From positions 31,355,476 to 31,419,475 of the forward strand of contig CM119263.1 in NCBI GenBank assembly GCA_051294375.1: a stretch of DNA of 64,000 bases. The letters are read 5' to 3'. The position numbers and the translations under genes are program-made. Shown here in pieces: positions 63,953 to 64,000 of this stretch; the stretch's first letter is position 1; every line of letters starts with the position of its first letter. This stretch comes from Paraspadella gotoi. Its lineage: Eukaryota; Animalia; Chaetognatha. The notes under the pieces are model-generated. The model did no database searches, was not told the DNA's origin, and was given only the letters and a program-made list of their open reading frames with translations.

Positions 63953-64000
63953 GTGAGAAAGAGTAAGGGGAGATGATGATGATGAGTAAGACGGTGGGCG

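Overview
Gene-dense animal (invertebrate-type) genomic DNA with short spliceosomal introns. All ~15 recognisable host genes lie on the + strand, often only 130-500 bp apart: RILPL-like, a DYRK/HIPK-type kinase, HSDL2, GLUD1, RPL5, RPL37A, eIF3j, a MAM-domain membrane protein, class IIa HDAC, MAD1, a small orphan, KDSR, PSMD13, PSMD14 and calcineurin A. This arrangement is operon-like. A 5.4-kb DIRS retrotransposon sits in an HDAC intron, with its ICR unusually placed in a putative gag intron. The main finding is two families (plus a probable degenerate third) of small non-coding LTR elements (TRIM-like: 4-bp TSD, tRNA-Trp PBS, PPT). Their LTRs carry a tRNA-like Pol III promoter followed by a fold matching a type-P5 twister ribozyme, with covariation between copies. 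These are candidate twister-based LTR retrozymes in an animal. All structures were read by eye; no search or folding program was run, and indel errors in the assembly are likely.
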